Position numbers and translations under genes: made by a program. The notes under the pieces are model-generated. The model saw only the letters and a program-made list of their open reading frames with translations, was not told the DNA's origin and ran no database searches. Positions 36,575 to 48,140 of a DNA stretch of 64,000 bases are shown here, piece after piece (position 1 is the first letter of the stretch; each line of letters starts with the position of its first letter). The DNA is from Felis catus (taxonomy: Eukaryota), in the NCBI RefSeq assembly GCF_018350175.1, contig NC_058383.1, positions 35,588,001 to 35,652,000 of the forward strand, given 5' to 3'.

Positions 36575-36730
36575 AATATATATATATTTGTACATATAGT
36601 ACATATGTATATACATATGTATATATGGTACATATGTATATTATGTATTAAATATGGAATATATATAATATATTAAAAATAAAAATTTTAAATTTAAATT
36701 ATTTTAAATAAAAAATATATATTCATATAT
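36575..36730. repeat. AT-rich low-complexity tract
   Basis: Degenerate TA/TATG repeats seen directly. Confidence 0.85.
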
Positions 36731-37512
36731 CCAAAAATACTTGAAAGTCATGATGAATTTTCACTATGTGCAGTTACTTCTCTGGTGGCACACAGGCTGT
36801 GCCATTAGGAGGTGTTAACTATGTCCTGGGAGTGTCCTCTATTTCTCTACCCAGACATTTATAGCACAGCCAATAATAATTCCCAAACCACCCCCAAGCA
36901 TCCCACAGAGAAAACTTGGTGTTCCTTAAAACTAGCCAGATATATTAGGTACCCGGGTAGGGAACATAGCAATTACATAAGTTAATGGTATTCAAATGTA
37001 TAAGTTTAAGGAAGAGGCAGCCACAGAAAAAGAAAAGGAAAGTGTGTTTGCAGGCAGAGGGTTCCAATCCAAAGATGCATCACTGAACTTGATCTCTGGG
37101 CATGCATACGTGTTTGAAATGACAGCATTTGCCGAAGCACTGGAATATTACAAGGAAAGCAGCTGTTTACTTTAAAGGCATCATTCTCTTCTCTCATTTT
37201 TCACAAGGACCTGAACAGAGCAAAGCATTATCCTTTGACTTCTGTTTATCCGGTGCATTTTCCACCTTTACCTACTTAAGAACGGGAAGAGCAAGATAGG
37301 CCTTAAGACAAGTCATGATTTTGTCTCACGTAAAAAGTGTGTGTGGGGGGGGGGGGGGAGGGGGAAGATATCTTTTTGCAAGTGCAAAATTTGTTGCTGT
37401 CTATTTACTGGAAGTAATTTGAAAGGACACTAATTAAAACCTAATGGGAATATTATATAAAACCAGAACTACAATGATGCTCAAAAATTTCCCTTGGTGG
37501 GGGAAAGTGGTC

Positions 37513-37566
37513 AAGTTCTAGAGAGCTGTTTTGGGTAAGAAGTTCTAGAGAGCTGTTTTGGGTAAG
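37513..37566. repeat. Perfect 27-bp tandem duplication
   Basis: AAGTTCTAGAGAGCTGTTTTGGGTAAG x2. Confidence 0.95.
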
Positions 37567-38389
37567 ATCTCACTATGCATAAAACACGGGATTCATTTTT
37601 AATAACAATAAAAAAAGGAAATTTACTGCCCCCTCCTGGTTCTGTAAAACAAAGTTCTATTATATTTAACACTGAATAACATAATTATGTAGGAGTCAAC
37701 ACTGAACAAATCTTAGTTCCTCTCTCTTAGCTGAGAGAGCAAGGTTGATTTGCAATTCTGTAAGGATAATGAAAGGGCCAGTGTTATTATTTAATACAAA
37801 AAATAGATTTCCTGGTTTCTCTCAAGTGTTTATCATTGGATACAGGGAACAATAGCAAACTGAATTACCAAGCATCATCTCTGATAAATCAAATGAACAC
37901 CGCTGGAAAATGGCAAACTGTGTGTACATCCCAGTGCTTGAAGAGAATACACATCCCCATAAAATAGCTTAAAATGACAGAATTTTCAACATTTTTGCTT
38001 CGTTTACATAAGAAAAAGAGAGAAATATACCTTGGGTGTGGAGTTTCAGAACTGATTAGTGAGCAAAGCCCTTAAATGTTGAGTTTGAAGTAATTATTAT
38101 TTCTCCTAATTAATTGGACATTTTGCATGCCTTCAGCCAACGGCCAGTGTGGGATCTCTCTGGATCCCCATTTTCTCCTTGGATTACAACTGGATGAGTG
38201 CCCTCTGCTCAGCCAGGGAGTGAGGCTTAGAAATAAGGGTGAGAACCTAATACAGGACACTCAGGTCCATAAAGCTAAGATCTTAAGAACATAGAAAGAT
38301 CAGGGTCAAGGTGAGACTCTTCACCAGGCACTAAAAAGGTGTCTCCTCAATTGCAAAAAAAAAAAAAAGTGTCATTCAGGATAGAAATA

Positions 38390-38735
38390 TTTCTATATTT
38401 CATTCTTTGTTTTGAAAAGGAAAACTTTTCCTTATAAATATTAATATGTCACATAATAAAATAAAAATAAAGGACACAATACGAAATAGTCATCAAGAAA
38501 TCCCCGCTGAATATCCAGTTCCCCAGAGGAAACCAGTTAATTTTGTGCTCAGAAACTTCCAAAAATTCTCTGTATATGCAAATACAATCTGTAATTATAT
38601 TTTCCTACTTGAATAGGAGCCTACTATATATAACAAGTTTTCCCTTTGTATTTTCATCCATAATATATCTTTCAGATCACTCCACAGCAGTACCTCTAAA
38701 TCTTTATCATTTTCATCCACAGTTGGATGGTACTC
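38390..38735 (-). mobile_element. L1ME-like 3' remnant
   Basis: CCCCAGAGGAAACCAGTTAA...ATATCTTTCAGATCACTCCACAGCAGTAC. Confidence 0.55.
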
Positions 38736-38737
38736 CA

Positions 38738-38941
38738 TTTTTTCTTAAAGTTTATTTATTTATTTTGAAAGAGAGTGCGTGTGCACAGGGAGAGACAGAA
38801 TCCCAAGCAGGCTCCACAGTGTCAGCACAGAACCCAACATGGGACTCAAACTCATTAACTTGAACATAGGAACCAAGAGATCATGACCCGAGCCAAGATC
38901 AAGGGTTGGATGCTTAACAAACTGAGCCACCCAGAAGCCCC
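38738..38941 (-). mobile_element. Can-SINE (older subfamily) with small internal insertion
   Basis: Reverse body; TSD ATGGTACTCCATTTT/ATGGTACTCTATTTT. Confidence 0.92.
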
Positions 38942-38969
38942 ACATGGTACTCTATTTTATGATCTGTAT

Positions 38970-39110
38970 ATTTTCAAGTAATCCTCACAACTACTTTGTA
39001 CAGTAGGTACCTATATTATACCACTGTCCAAGCTCAGAATATGAGGAAACTGCCCAAAGTCACACCGTATTTAGTGGAGGAGCCAAGATTTAAGCCCTTA
39101 TGTCCACACT
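38970..39110 (-). mobile_element. MIR SINE
   Basis: TAATCCTCACAAC...AACTGCCCAAAGTCACAC...GGAGCCAAGATTTAAGCCC. Confidence 0.65.
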
Positions 39111-39123
39111 ATTATCCATCCAC

Positions 39124-39466
39124 TGCCTTAGTCTATTTGGACTGCTACAAAAAAGTATCATAAATTGGGTGGCTTACAGACAATAAACATTTATTCATCA
39201 TAATTCTGGGGACTGGGAAGTGCAAGATCAAGGCACCCGCAGGTCCAGTGTCTGCTGAAGGTTTCCAGACAGCCATCTTCTCTTTGCACCTCACGTGGTT
39301 ACAATCTATCAGAGGTCTTCTTAATAAGGGCATTAATCCTGTTCAGGAGGGCTTCACCCTCATGACCTAATCAGCTCCCAGAGTCTCCTCTTCCTAATAC
39401 CATCACATTGGAGGCTAGGTTTCAATACATGAATTGTGAGGGGATGCAAACATTCGTATCATAGCA
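39124..39466 (-). mobile_element. Full-length MaLR solo LTR (MLT1A0-like)
   Basis: TG...CA ends; GGGCTTCACCCTCATGACCTAATCA; 5-bp TSD TCCAC/TCCAT. Confidence 0.9.
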
Positions 39467-40284
39467 TCCATTGTATGATACTGCCTTCCCAAATATTAGC
39501 TACTGCTATTACTAAAAGGTTTACATTAGCATTAAAAACTAAGACAGATGGGTTGTGAAAATATTGGTGTCAACATCACCACTCAGAGGATATTGCCTTT
39601 CCATCCCCAAAGCTTTGGCATCTCTCAGATCCTCTCTACTTCACTCTGATGGGACCTACTTGGGGGTGACTAATCAAGTGTCAAACACTAGAACTTGCAG
39701 CACTCCTGAATTTTCTAGAAGCATAAGGCCCCCTAGTCCCCAAACACAAGTATGCACTGTAGCCCACGGGTGGTCAGACCAGGCACAGATGTCAGTGTGC
39801 CATTTGGATTTCCTACTGATGAATATTACAGCCAACGTACCCATCTGGCCGCTGAGATAAATAATGTAAAAATGAAGATATGCCTACATAATTCATGTAC
39901 TATTGATGAACGGGGCCCTTAATTTAGATTGCTCCTACAAATCATTTAATTATGGGCCTCACAACTAAGAGAGAAACAGCATTTTAGCTATGTTTAAATG
40001 GGTTTGGTTAGGATACTTCCAAGTGCACACGACAGAAACTCAAGGCCCCCTCAATTATTCTAAAGAAATCTGTGGATTCTCATAAGCATCAGACAAACGT
40101 GGTACTGAATACACAAAACCATTTTCCTGAACAAAATGTCATTTGTTTACCTATATGGTAAGGATTCCATCAATGGCCCATGACCCTTTCATTAGGAAGC
40201 TGTAGATGGGTGGGGATGATGTTGCCAACTATTCTACAAATGACATATTTCCAGAGGAGACAGCCCAGATAACATGAAGCAAAC

Positions 40285-41010
40285 ACCTCACACCCATTAG
40301 CAAAGGCTATTATAAAACTAAAAGAAATAAAAACAAACAAAAAAAAAACCAGAAAATAACAAGTATGGGGAAGATGTGGAGTAATTAGAAAGTTTGTGCA
40401 CTAATTGGTGGGAATGGAAAGGGAAAGCAATATGGCAGTTCACCCCAAAATTAAAAGTAGAGTTAGCCAGTGATCCAGCAACTCCAGTTTTGGGTTATAT
40501 ACCCACAAAAACTGAAAGCAAAGTCTTGAAGAGATATTTGTATGCCCATGCCCAGAACGACATTACTCACCATTGACAAAAAGTGGAAGCAATCTGAGTG
40601 TCCACCGACATGAATGAATAAGCAAACTGTGGTATACACATACAACGGAATATTATTCAGCCTTAAAAAGAAAAGAATATCCGACACATGTTACATCATG
40701 AATGGACTTGGAGTATATTATGCTAAGTGAAATAAGCCAGTCACAAAGACACAAATAACTATAAGATTCCACTTACACGAGGGTAACTACAGTGGTCAAA
40801 CTGATAGAGACAGAAGGTACCATGGTGGCTGCTAGGGACTGGGGTGAGGGAATTGGAAGTTGTTTTTTAATGAGTATATATTTTCAACTTTGCAAAATGA
40901 AAGAGCTCTGGAGATTTGCTATACAACAATGTGAATGTATTTACCACTATTGAACTAAATGATTTACAATGGTTAGGATGGTAAATTTTATGTCTATTTT
41001 ACCTCATTTT
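40285..41010 (+). mobile_element. L1MB-like 3' end (end of ORF2 plus 3' UTR)
   Basis: GATCCAGCAACTCCAGTTTTGGG; GGAATATTATTCAGCCTTAAAAAG; ATTATGCTAAGTGAAATAAGCCAGTCAC. Confidence 0.88.
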
Positions 41011-41012
41011 AT

Positions 41013-41052
41013 ATCTATATCTGTATCTGTATCTGCATCTGTATCTGTATCT
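41013..41052. repeat. (TATCTG)n repeat at the L1 tail position
   Basis: Seen directly. Confidence 0.85.
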
Positions 41053-41454
41053 AACATGGAATGGAGACTGGACAGCCAGCAGAGGAAGCACCACATTATT
41101 TATCATGCAATGACTCTGCCTGACGTGGAGCTAAGGCAGCTACATTCATGACCCCATTTTAATCCCCGTGATACTTATTTTAAATAGACATTAATAGGCA
41201 TTGCCCCATCATTTCTTTGATCCATCTGCAGCTTGGAAACCAGCTGATGTCATGGTGGCATCCTGCCAGGGTAAAGTGGCTGGATCCTGGAAAGAGAACT
41301 ACTGAACCATGGTTTTGCTACCCATAAGTGGTACGGACTTCTACAACACCCTTAATCATTTCTGGAGTGCCTAAGTCATCAGCCTATATGAAGAGCAAAT
41401 GAGGTAACATGCTCATGAATGAAACCCAAGTTTCCTAACATCTGTATGGGACCC

Positions 41455-41985
41455 AGCATGACCTAACTACCACCTGTCCCTAAGTCCATCCCACAGATCT
41501 CTCCTTCTCACTCACCATTCACCAGCAGTATTGACTTCACCTCTGTTTCTTCTCCATGCCAAGCTCTTTCCAGCCTCATGGACTTGGCTTTTCTGTTCTC
41601 CCTGCCTGCAACACTCTTTCTTGAATACCCTTGGCTGGCTCCTCCTCTGCCTGTAGGTCTACATTCAAATGTTTACCACCTTAGAGAGGGCTTCACCTTG
41701 AAACTATCTGTTCTAAAGATGAGCTTCTCCTCCCACCAGCGACTATCACCACCATCAATTACTGTTTATCACATCACCCTACAGATTCTTTTACATCATT
41801 TATCAAAACCTGTAATTACCTTGTTCACGTATCAGCTTCTTTATCATCCATCTCTCCCACTAAAATATACACTTTACAAGAACAATTATAGGCAAGCACC
41901 ATCCGGTACTCCATCCCCAGGGCTTGCAACAGTGCCAGGGTACCTGACACATGGAAAGGACCAATACATAAGTATTAGCTGCTAT
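41455..41985 (+). mobile_element. L2 LINE 3' portion
   Basis: CCATGCCAAGCTCTTTCCAGCCTCATGGACTTGGC...TTCAAATGT...CAGTGCC...CTGACACAT. Confidence 0.75.
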
Positions 41986-42818
41986 TATAATTTTGTATAG
42001 CGACTTTGTACTAATAAGACAATGGAAGTAAAGGACCAAGACCTCTTCGCAAGAAACTCAGTATTCAGGTTCTCTGCAGAAATATCCCCCCCAGCTGGAT
42101 GAGAACTAGTCACTGGCTCTGAAAGAGGACAAAGATCTCATGCCTTCAACTCCAGGACCCCTCTTGGCAGAGACCATTCTCCCTCTGGGTAAATCAAGGG
42201 AATATCTGAAGAATTCCTTTTTCCTTTTGGGTACATGTACAGACTCACAGCCTCCAAAGCACATGCTAATGACGCATTCCTGATCCAGCAGCCCCATCAA
42301 TAACCAAACCACATGACTGGGGCTCTCAACTGGTTTATCACTTGTCAGCTCCAAAGACACTTGCTGAGCTGACAGAGAGAGTCGATCCAGGATGTGACAT
42401 GTAAAAATTGCTATATTTCTAGGTAAAAAAATGACTTAGGTGTCTCACGCTCACAGGCTATCTTAATTCATCTGGTTGACTATGCACGATTTCTGGTTGT
42501 TAAATCTCCTGCTTCTGAACTTCTGAGTTTGGCATTTTTGAACTTGACATAATGAATGCCAAAATGTGTCATGCAGATACACTGTCCTGCTCTCAAATTT
42601 CTCATGTTCTAGTCGAATAGACTCTATTGGAGGGTATGCAATTTCATCCTACATTTTGAACTACCTTATACACAAAAGCTGGGTTGGGGGTGATTAATCA
42701 CAAAAATGAAAACTTCAGGGCTTCAGGCTACATTAGATACAAGTGCTGACATTCAGATTATTTTAGAAATAAATATGTTTTTAAAATTTTGTTTTGTGCT
42801 CAAACTGGGTTTTCCCAT

Positions 42819-43189
42819 TGTGTTTTTCTGGTCAAGCTACTATAACAGAATACTGAAGAGTAGATAGCTTAAAGAATAAACATTTATTTCTAACAGCTCT
42901 GAAGGCTAGAAAGTTCAAGACCAGAGTACCAACAGAACTGATGTCAGGTAGGAGCCCAGCTCCTGGTTGGGATATGATCATCTTCTCATTGTATCTTCAT
43001 ATGGTGGAGAGCGGAGAGAGAGCACATGTGCGTGCAAATGCTCCTGTTTCTCCTTATAAAGGCAGTAAATCCCACTCATGAGGGCTCCCCTCATGAGCTA
43101 ATCACCTCCCAAAGGCCCCACCATCACATTGAGAGTTAGGATTTCAACATATGAATTTTGGAGAGGGCATAAGTATTCAGTTTATGACA
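42819..43189 (-). mobile_element. MaLR solo LTR (MLT1A/B-like)
   Basis: AAACATTTATTTCTAACAGCTCTGAAGGCTAGAAAGTTCAAGA; CTAATCACCTCCCAAAGGCCCCACC; GGATTTCAACATATGAATTTTGG. Confidence 0.88.
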
Positions 43190-44769
43190 GCTCTGAACTA
43201 CAAGATGACCATCAGATATCACAAGCTTATATCCTATTCATTTAGTAACTCTAGGAAAAAGTGTCTCTTTCCTAGCCACATGACCATTGGTAAGCTAACC
43301 ACCATGTCCAGAAGAATGGGAAAGGTTGAGTGGACATGCCTGAGTCATGGGCAGGTTTCTAGAGTTAGAGGGAATGCCTGAATGACAGGAACTGGAAGCT
43401 GCTGCAGCTCAAACAACTCTGAGATGCCCTCCATTCCCAGAAGATAAAAGAGTACGTGTTGGCCAAGCAGGCAACAGGCAAACAAAAAATTTTTTTGCTG
43501 CAGAAATGGGCAGGTGAACATACAGTGGGCCACAAAATAGGATAACCACAGTAAAACAAAGAAAAATGAAAAAAATCTACTCCTGCATCAGTTCTAACAA
43601 TGGTCTGAGGAAGGTATTATTATAATCCTCATTTTATAAATGAGGAAATCTGTCCAAGGTCCTTTTGTGCGTTGGGGGGTGGGGGATGGGGGAGATTTAC
43701 CTCATGCCAATGTAACTCCAAAAACTCATCTTTATACCAGGGCCACTGTGCACAATTGTGCAAGGTGAGCTCACGCAACTGTAGTGGCTCCATTCACAGA
43801 GGTGATGAGGTTCATGAGATCCCCTGGAGTGGCCATTGCAAATCTGGTCAAGTGTGCCTGGTGGTTCTGCATTAACCAACGAACCAAGGAAACAGGAACA
43901 GAGTTCTACTGTAGTCATAGGCGGAAACTTGATCCCAAAGGACCTTTATGCTCTGCTAAAAAATCTGGACAGTATTAGTTAATGTTCTCACGAAACACAC
44001 CATTTTATTTTCTGATCCTGTGTAGATGACAAGGATTTAAAATGGATTCTGCCATGCCATTCACTTCTTTCCAAATTCTCAAGGTAAAGTCATCCAGAAA
44101 CAACAAAGCAGGCATCACTGGGCCAGGTGAGCAGCTGCATTTTAAAGGAATAGGTTTTCCAAGTGTCTTATCTGGGTGGCATGTGTAGCCAAAAAGGCAA
44201 AGTCGCTGGAGAAACCAAACTCAGCCAATCTGGGTTTTTAGCTCTTAAGGCTCCTCGGGAGTTTTTAGCAACTGAGGCAACCAAGTTCTGTTAGAGAATA
44301 AACTGGTTGGGACACAAAGCTCCTTGTAGATTATAACCTCCTTCCTTGCCAATTACAAACTTGGCAATCATTTGTTTATTAACCTGATGGCTGGCTGCAT
44401 TAAATAGTATCACATATTTATAATGCACCAAGATAAAGCTGTAGCATTCAAAATCACTAACCCCATCTGTACCTCCTCACCATGGTCCGGCACTCTAAAG
44501 TACTTTTGAAGGTAATTCAATAGGACAGGGCTTTTAAAAAGTTTAAAACTTTCTCCTGCATTGCCTCAGGGGAAGATTCCCTGTTGTGTGTGTGTGAGTG
44601 ATAAGGTTTAGCCCCTTAAATTCATTCTGAAGAGTGTTTGTTAAAGTCTTTATTTGGAAATGCTGTGGCTTAGTCCCACGTGGCAGTCATCACTGCATTC
44701 ACCAGTTCCCACTGCTGCACACAGACGTTACAAGTAGCAAAGCTATTCCTGAATTCAGTCTTCTCTAGT

Positions 44770-44960
44770 TATCCCTCCTCCCCACACTGCCTACCTTTCT
44801 CTTTAAGGCTTAACTACCATCTCTGCAAACATGCCTCCACATCTAGATTCTTCAGCTCCAATCTATTGCCTCTCTTAGCTTCCCCATTTCCAGTTACCTT
44901 CTAGAAATCTTAAAGTTCTGATAGCCACCAGAATCTCAAATGCAACCTCTCAAGGATGTA
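44770..44960 (+). mobile_element. L2 fragment (RT C-terminal region)
   Basis: TTAACTACCATCTCTGCAAACATGCCTCCACATCTAG...ATCTCAAATGCAAC. Confidence 0.55.
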
Positions 44961-45072
44961 ATGCTCACTATTCTAAGAAACAAAACAGCCCTCCTCACAC
45001 AAGTTCCACTGTTTTGGAAATGGCAGTGCCCATCTGAGAGTTTTATAGACAAGAAATCTTGGAATCGCCATG

Positions 45073-45510
45073 TGTAACAGATATGGATGGGGATATGCCC
45101 CAGCATATGCCCTCACATTTATAATGCCCATGCATGCTGATCTGACTTTTAATGTATGAAGGTCCAACACTTGAATTTCTTTTGCTAGGCCCTGAAACTG
45201 CTTTGTTCACCCAAAGTTCTGAAGAAGCAGAGCCCCTCAACCAATGATAAATGAGAGTGGTGGTATAAATACTCCAGCTTCTCTGCCCTCTGGTGAGATA
45301 ACTCTATGGTGTGTACCTATATGGGTTCCATTCCTTCCTACAGTTATATCCAGTGGTCAGGGGCTTGATAAAATGAATTCTACTAGTTGCCTTCTCTCCC
45401 CTGTATCACTTTACCATTCTACACTTTCATTGCAGAGGTTTCCCTCCAAATAAACTACTTTCACATAAACCCTTGTCTTAGGTGTGCTTCTCAATCACCA
45501 ATGATACCTT
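45073..45510 (+). mobile_element. ERVL solo LTR (LTR33/LTR16-like)
   Basis: CCCTCAACCAATGA...GGTATAAATACTCCAGCT; CTCCAAATAAACTAC; homologous to 31962-32424. Confidence 0.8.
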
Positions 45511-45887
45511 CCTGCCCATATTCCCCACATGCTCTCAGGCCTGAAATGCCACCAAACCTACTTGCACATCACTCTAAGATTACTCTTCTCCATGAGACCA
45601 TATTTCCACTACCTGAGGAATAGTCAGGAAAACTTCTTGTAGACATAGAAGGTATTGTCTATCAAAAGGGAGCAAAAGGTACCAACAGGAAATAAGGATG
45701 AAGAAAGAGCAAGGCAGAAAGTTGTACAACAGCCTGCAAATAAGGGAGAACATTGTANNNNNNNNNNNNNNNNNNNNNNNNNNNNNNNNNNNNNNNNNNN
45801 NNNNNNNNNNNNNNNNNNNNNNNNNNNNNNNNNNNNNNNNNNNNNNNNNNNNNNNNNNNNNNNNNNNNNNNNNNNNNNNNNNNNNNN

Positions 45888-46100
45888 TCTGTTCTTAATA
45901 GGGGTGGGGGTTTGCTCACTAAGGAAGATTTGACAATGTCTGGGGAGATTTTTGGTTGACACAACTGGGAAAGGTGCTACTAGCATCTAGTGGGTAGAGG
46001 CCAGGGATGCTGCTAAACACCCTACAGTGCATGGGATGGCCCCTAAACAAAAAAATGGCCCAATGTAAAATGTCAACAGCACTGAGTGTGAGAGATCCTG
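45888..46100 (+). mobile_element. MER20 hAT-Charlie MITE
   Basis: GCATCTAGTGGGTAGAGGCCAGGGATGCTGCTAAACACCCTACAGTGCA. Confidence 0.9.
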
Positions 46101-46109
46101 GTCTAGTGT

Positions 46110-46430
46110 TGAGAGTTTAAAGGAGTTTGGTGAAAGACAGGAATAGGGAGATTAGTAGGGTCCAGATCACGAAGACTCTTGTGGCCCTGTGGGACTTTAC
46201 CCCATGATCAGTGAGGGAGAGTTATTACTGAAAAACAGAGAAATGATGTGATCAGAGTTGCATGTGAGGAAGAAAAGATTACCCTGGTTTGAGCAGAATG
46301 TGGGTTGGAGAAAGGCATGATTGAGACTGAGCATGAGACTGGTGACGCAGAGATTGTATAGTCCAGCTGCAAAATGGTGTCCCAGAGTAAGGCTGTGGAA
46401 GGAGGAGTTGGAGAGAAGCAGGCACATCTT
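46110..46430 (-). mobile_element. L2 LINE fragment
   Basis: GGGTCCAGATCACG...GATGTGATCAGAGTTGCAT...ATAGTCCAG. Confidence 0.65.
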
Positions 46431-46464
46431 TAATTTTATATCTATTGAAGACAGACTGAATGGA

Positions 46465-46600
46465 TAATACTTTGGATGTAATGATACATGAAATATTTAA
46501 TTAATTTCACCTGTTTCTGTTCTTTTTTTTTTTTTTTTAATGTGGCTACCCGATAAAACCAAAATGACATCTGCAGCTTGCGTTTCATTGGGCAGTGCCA
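46465..46600 (+). mobile_element. MER33-like hAT-Charlie 3' part
   Basis: ATTAATTTCACCTGTTTC...TTTTAATGTGGCTAC...CATTGGGCAGTGC. Confidence 0.75.
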
Positions 46601-48059
46601 TATAGGTGAAAATGTGGGTTATGAGATTTTTGAAACCAACTCAGAACCCATCGTATTTTTGCCGTGGTTGCCTTCCCCCACATCCTACTATCAGGAAAAT
46701 CACCTCTTGCAACATCGTGCTATCTCTCGAAGGGTGAACAGCACATTTCAGACCAGTAGGTTGCCTGTATCTCATTTCACGTTGAGCACAGGTGGCTGTA
46801 CCGTCTGCCAACTCACAAAATTGCCAAGTGATTCACCTTAAAGGGCCCCTTTGGAACAGCAATCCATCTGGCCAGTAGCCCCGGGGCCATTCCGTCTCCA
46901 GTTTCCCCTTGCCTTCAGGCTGTGCACCCGCCAGGATTCTGATGTGGCCTGTGAGCTCCCTGCCTTAGAGATATTCACCGCCCTATCTCCGGGGCTGAGC
47001 GAACTCACAGAGAATCAAACCCACACTTAAGGTACCAAGGAACAGTTCCACTGAAACCCACAACACTATAATTACCATAAACCCTTCAGCACCACCAGCT
47101 CTGAGAGGTAAAAGAAATTAAATCAATGGGCATAGATCGAATCAAGAGCAATCTTATGGGAAATTCATGTAAATGCACAATCTTACATTGGAAATGAGTT
47201 TTAAGATTAATACCCTTCACAAACGGAAAAGTATAAAGAAGTATGTAGGAGAATATGCTGTTGTAACAATAGGTCAACCCTTCTTTTTACGAGCTGTCAG
47301 TTATATTGTATGAAGAACTCATGAAGCTTAACGTTCTCGGTATTTTTTTTAAACCCCGTAATGCAAATTCTTCAAGAGAATAACAAGTGATGCATGCTTG
47401 AAATTTATTTTTAAATCAAGAGCAAAACGAAACCCTTTAATTAATCTCAGAGAATTTAGCTCTTTCCCTTTCAGANNNNNNNNNNNNNNNNNNNNNNNNN
47501 NNNNNNNNNNNNNNNNNNNNNNNNNNNNNNNNNNNNNNNNNNNNNNNNNNNNNNNNNNNNNNNNNNNNNNNNNNNNNNNNNNNNNNNNNNNNNNNNNNNN
47601 NNNNNNNNNNNNNNNNNNNNNNNNNNNNNNNNNNNNNNNNNNNNNNNNNNNNNNNNNNNNNNNNNNNNNNNNNNNNNNNNNNNNNNNNNNNNNNNNNNNN
47701 NNNNNNNNNNNNNNNNNNNNNNNNNNNNNNNNNNNNNNNNNNNNNNNNNNNNNNNNNNNTCGGGAAATAAAAATGATTAAAAAAAAAAAAACTTGCTGAA
47801 ATTAACCAGCCACTGCTACTGGGATGCTAGGATGTTGGCTTAAGTTGTTGGGAAAGCAATGGAGTGAGAAGCAGAGAAGAGGGAAACCAAGCAAACTTGT
47901 GGTGCCTGAAATAATTACAATTTCTTACCCCTCATTTCTCAAGGCTCATGGGGAGCAAGGACACATGCCCAGCCGGGGCAGACAAATGAACGCTTTCCCC
48001 ACAGCCGGTCGAGGGGGCTGCCTGCTTTGAGCTAATGTGCTGGGGCAAGAAGATGAGGG

Positions 48060-48140
48060 CAGGTATAATTATACTAATGATTTATTGAATGTTTGATTAA
48101 TTGGAAATTAAGCGAATGCATAGTGGCAGAATTGTCATAG
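48060..48140. promoter_or_regulatory. Candidate HOX-PBX-MEIS enhancer module
   Basis: TGATTTAT 48078, TGATTAAT 48094, TGTCA 48133 in repeat-free DNA. Confidence 0.35.

Noticed and set aside
37340-37365. Poly-G runs here and at ~4129 and ~43674 as G-quadruplexes; (TG)n as Z-DNA
   Set aside because: Simple repeats with no associated feature; homopolymer lengths are unreliable in short-read assemblies.
43749-43762. 14-bp perfect palindrome TGCACAATTGTGCA (also ATCACTAGTGAT near 5366)
   Set aside because: Isolated short palindromes are expected in 64 kb; there is no extended hairpin or supporting context.
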